From NCBI GenBank assembly GCA_965644265.1, contig OZ286472.1, forward strand, positions 44,888,001 to 44,952,000: DNA of 64,000 nucleotides. The letters are read 5' to 3'. The position numbers and the translations under genes are program-made. The notes below the pieces were generated by a model that made no database searches, was not told the origin of the DNA, and was given only the letters and a program-made list of their open reading frames with translations. Below are positions 62,288 to 64,000 of the stretch, in pieces (positions within the stretch are counted from its first letter, which is position 1; each line of letters starts with the position of its first letter). Origin of the DNA: Glycera tridactyla. Taxonomy: Eukaryota.

Positions 62288-63996
62288 CGCGAGTAATGAC
62301 CACCACGTCCTCCACGTGATGAAGAAAGGTTCCCTTGTATAGGTCCTTGCGACGGTCTTTTGCGTGGGTCTTCAAATGAGCGCCTACTATTCCAATGTTG
62401 ATAGGATTGTTGTTCACCGCTCGAATGTTGGCTGCCAGTAGTTGCAGTATCACGTGATCGATCACTCGCGTCACCATGGCCCTGCCAGGTGACTCTATCG
62501 GAGTCCCTGCTCTGTGCGGCGGAAGGGTGGCGGACGTATGTAGCCACCAGTGTGTTCCGATAGCTCTCGCGCGTGCCCTCACGGCTGCAGTCGCGTCGTC
62601 CACCACTTTTCCCGCGTCTGCCATCGTACATGCTTTCCCTCCTCTCCCTGCTTTGTGCGCGGTTTCTGTAATCTGTCTGGCCAGGATGCTGTTGTTGTAG
62701 TTGTTGTTGTTGTTGTTGCTGACGTTGCTGATTTTGCTGTTTTTGTTTGTTATGGTTACCTGTTTGCCTCTGTTGTTGATGATCATGTTGTTGTTGTTGT
62801 GGCCGTTGTTGTTGGTTGCTGCCTTGCTGTTGAAGTCGCTGCATATGTTGTGGTGGATCCAGACTGGCCTGATGCATATGTCCGGGGTGTTTTTGTTGTT
62901 CCTCCTGATGTTGAACATGCAAGGTGGTCGCATGCTCACTCTGTTGATTTTGTGTCGCGTTGCGTTCGTGTTGCTGTTGTTCTCGTTGTGGTACTATGGG
63001 TTGTGCTTGCCCATCAGTGCTTCTGTTATCCCGGTGTCTGTTATACGCTACTTCATTAATTTGTCTGAGCTCATCCGGGTCGGTTAGTACTGCTGGTTTC
63101 GAATCTGGACTAGTCTGTGCCCACACCAGGCCGTCATATGTCCATACTTTGGATATGATGTTATGTTTCCTTGCTTGTCTGGCTTCATAGTAGACCCGAT
63201 TATTTTTCGTCGTCAGGAATTCTTTAAAGAACAGGCTTGACCCCCGCAATTGGCCCTTGCATTTCATCAAGTGCCTTTTAAGTTGTGTGTCCCTGAATTT
63301 AACAAGTATGGGTCTGATGCCTTGGTCATCTGCCTTCCCAAAGTATGTGCACTTTATCAAGTCCTGGGGTGTAATATCTAACTTGAGTCTCTCACGTAGC
63401 TCGTAGCCAACATTATCAAAGAGACTGAAATTCATGTTGATTTCCAGGCCTTCAATAATTAGCATGTTCATACGATCTGACAACTCTAGATTTTCAATGC
63501 GGGTTAGGATGCTAGGCGTAGTCTCCTGGCCCGTTTTATGTCCAGCTGCTGGCTGCTCGATGTTGGTCATCCCTGCTGGGGTGCTACTCAAGCGTTCTAG
63601 GTTGCTCCTGAGCATGTTGGTGATTTTGATATTTTCGTGTAACTCCTTATTCACTTTTCTTAATTGATTGGATAGATTCAGAATTTCTACACTCACTTCA
63701 TTCATGATGTCCTGCCGTATCTTTTTATGAAGGCTTTTTTCGATTTGGGCTGTCAGTTCTATCTCCAATCCAGGGCGAATGTCATTGGTGACCTCGTCCT
63801 TGAGTTTGTCCTTGACTGTGCTAGGGAGATTATTCCAAGTGATTTCTGGTGGTTCATTAGTCCGTGTATAGCTCGTTAACAGTAGATCTACATCATCACC
63901 CCATTCTTCGGGCGTTCTTCCAGGCTTGTCTTGTTTTTTGTTAGTACCATTATCAGCTTGTCCGGAAGTGATCTGTTCAATGCTCTCCAAATCCAT
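62284..63996 (-). CDS. LINE ORF1: coiled coil plus L1-type (Transposase_22-like) RRM/CTD plus Q-rich and R/S/G-rich tail, 570 aa
   Basis: Heptad region; LIIEGL, RPILVKF, FFKEFLT, VWTYDGLVW motifs. The start could lie further upstream because the ATG is 4 nt from the window edge. Confidence 0.88.
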   Translation of the reverse strand: MDLESIEQITSGQADNGTNKKQDKPGRTPEEWGDDVDLLLTSYTRTNEPPEITWNNLPSTVKDKLKDEVTNDIRPGLEIELTAQIEKSLHKKIRQDIMNEVSVEILNLSNQLRKVNKELHENIKITNMLRSNLERLSSTPAGMTNIEQPAAGHKTGQETTPSILTRIENLELSDRMNMLIIEGLEINMNFSLFDNVGYELRERLKLDITPQDLIKCTYFGKADDQGIRPILVKFRDTQLKRHLMKCKGQLRGSSLFFKEFLTTKNNRVYYEARQARKHNIISKVWTYDGLVWAQTSPDSKPAVLTDPDELRQINEVAYNRHRDNRSTDGQAQPIVPQREQQQHERNATQNQQSEHATTLHVQHQEEQQKHPGHMHQASLDPPQHMQRLQQQGSNQQQRPQQQQHDHQQQRQTGNHNKQKQQNQQRQQQQQQQLQQQHPGQTDYRNRAQSRERRESMYDGRRGKSGGRRDCSREGTRESYRNTLVATYVRHPSAAQSRDSDRVTWQGHGDASDRSRDTATTGSQHSSGEQQSYQHWNSRRSFEDPRKRPSQGPIQGNLSSSRGGRGGHYSR

Positions 63997-64000
63997 CTCC

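Larger units (their letters stand above)
54443..64000 (-). mobile_element. CR1/L2-group non-LTR retrotransposon, three intact ORFs; 5' end beyond the window
   Basis: Co-oriented ORF1, SGNH ORF and APE-RT ORF, all free of stops; the same motif occurs at both ends of the inter-ORF spacer; 3' UTR of about 295 nt runs into a microsatellite. That all parts form one element is an inference. Confidence 0.75.

Noticed and set aside
62223-63190. Overlapping alternative-frame and antisense ORFs over ORF1
   Set aside because: Expected shadows of the CAA/CAG-rich coding sequence

Overview
Eukaryotic (animal, probably invertebrate) genomic DNA. The N-runs look like masked simple repeats rather than assembly gaps. 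(1) 4.3-23.4 kb, minus strand: 17 phase-consistent GT-AG exons (1974 nt, 658 aa) of a divergent plakin-family gene. It has plakin spectrin repeats with the SH3 insert, then a Gly/Ser linker and a plectin repeat; both gene ends are unresolved. (2) Introns and the 24-52 kb region carry MITEs (Harbinger-like, Tc1/mariner-like), Helentron-like non-autonomous elements, mini/microsatellites and a 5'-truncated RTEX-like LINE with one frameshift. (3) 54.4-64 kb, minus strand: an apparently intact and unusual CR1/L2-group non-LTR retrotransposon with three open ORFs. An L1-type ORF1 with a polyQ/RGG tail is followed by a stand-alone SGNH esterase joined by an ATGA stop/start overlap, then a 3.7-kb repeat-rich spacer, then a 977-aa APE-RT. 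Both ends of the spacer carry the same motif (sense TGGGACCATGATGGCGACATAA). It occurs six times as a perfect 23-mer with variable spacers, each copy encoding a micro-ORF M-M-A-T-stop, and it resembles a YY1 site. This architecture and motif array are the most interesting signals. All protein assignments come from motif recognition by eye; no database search was run.
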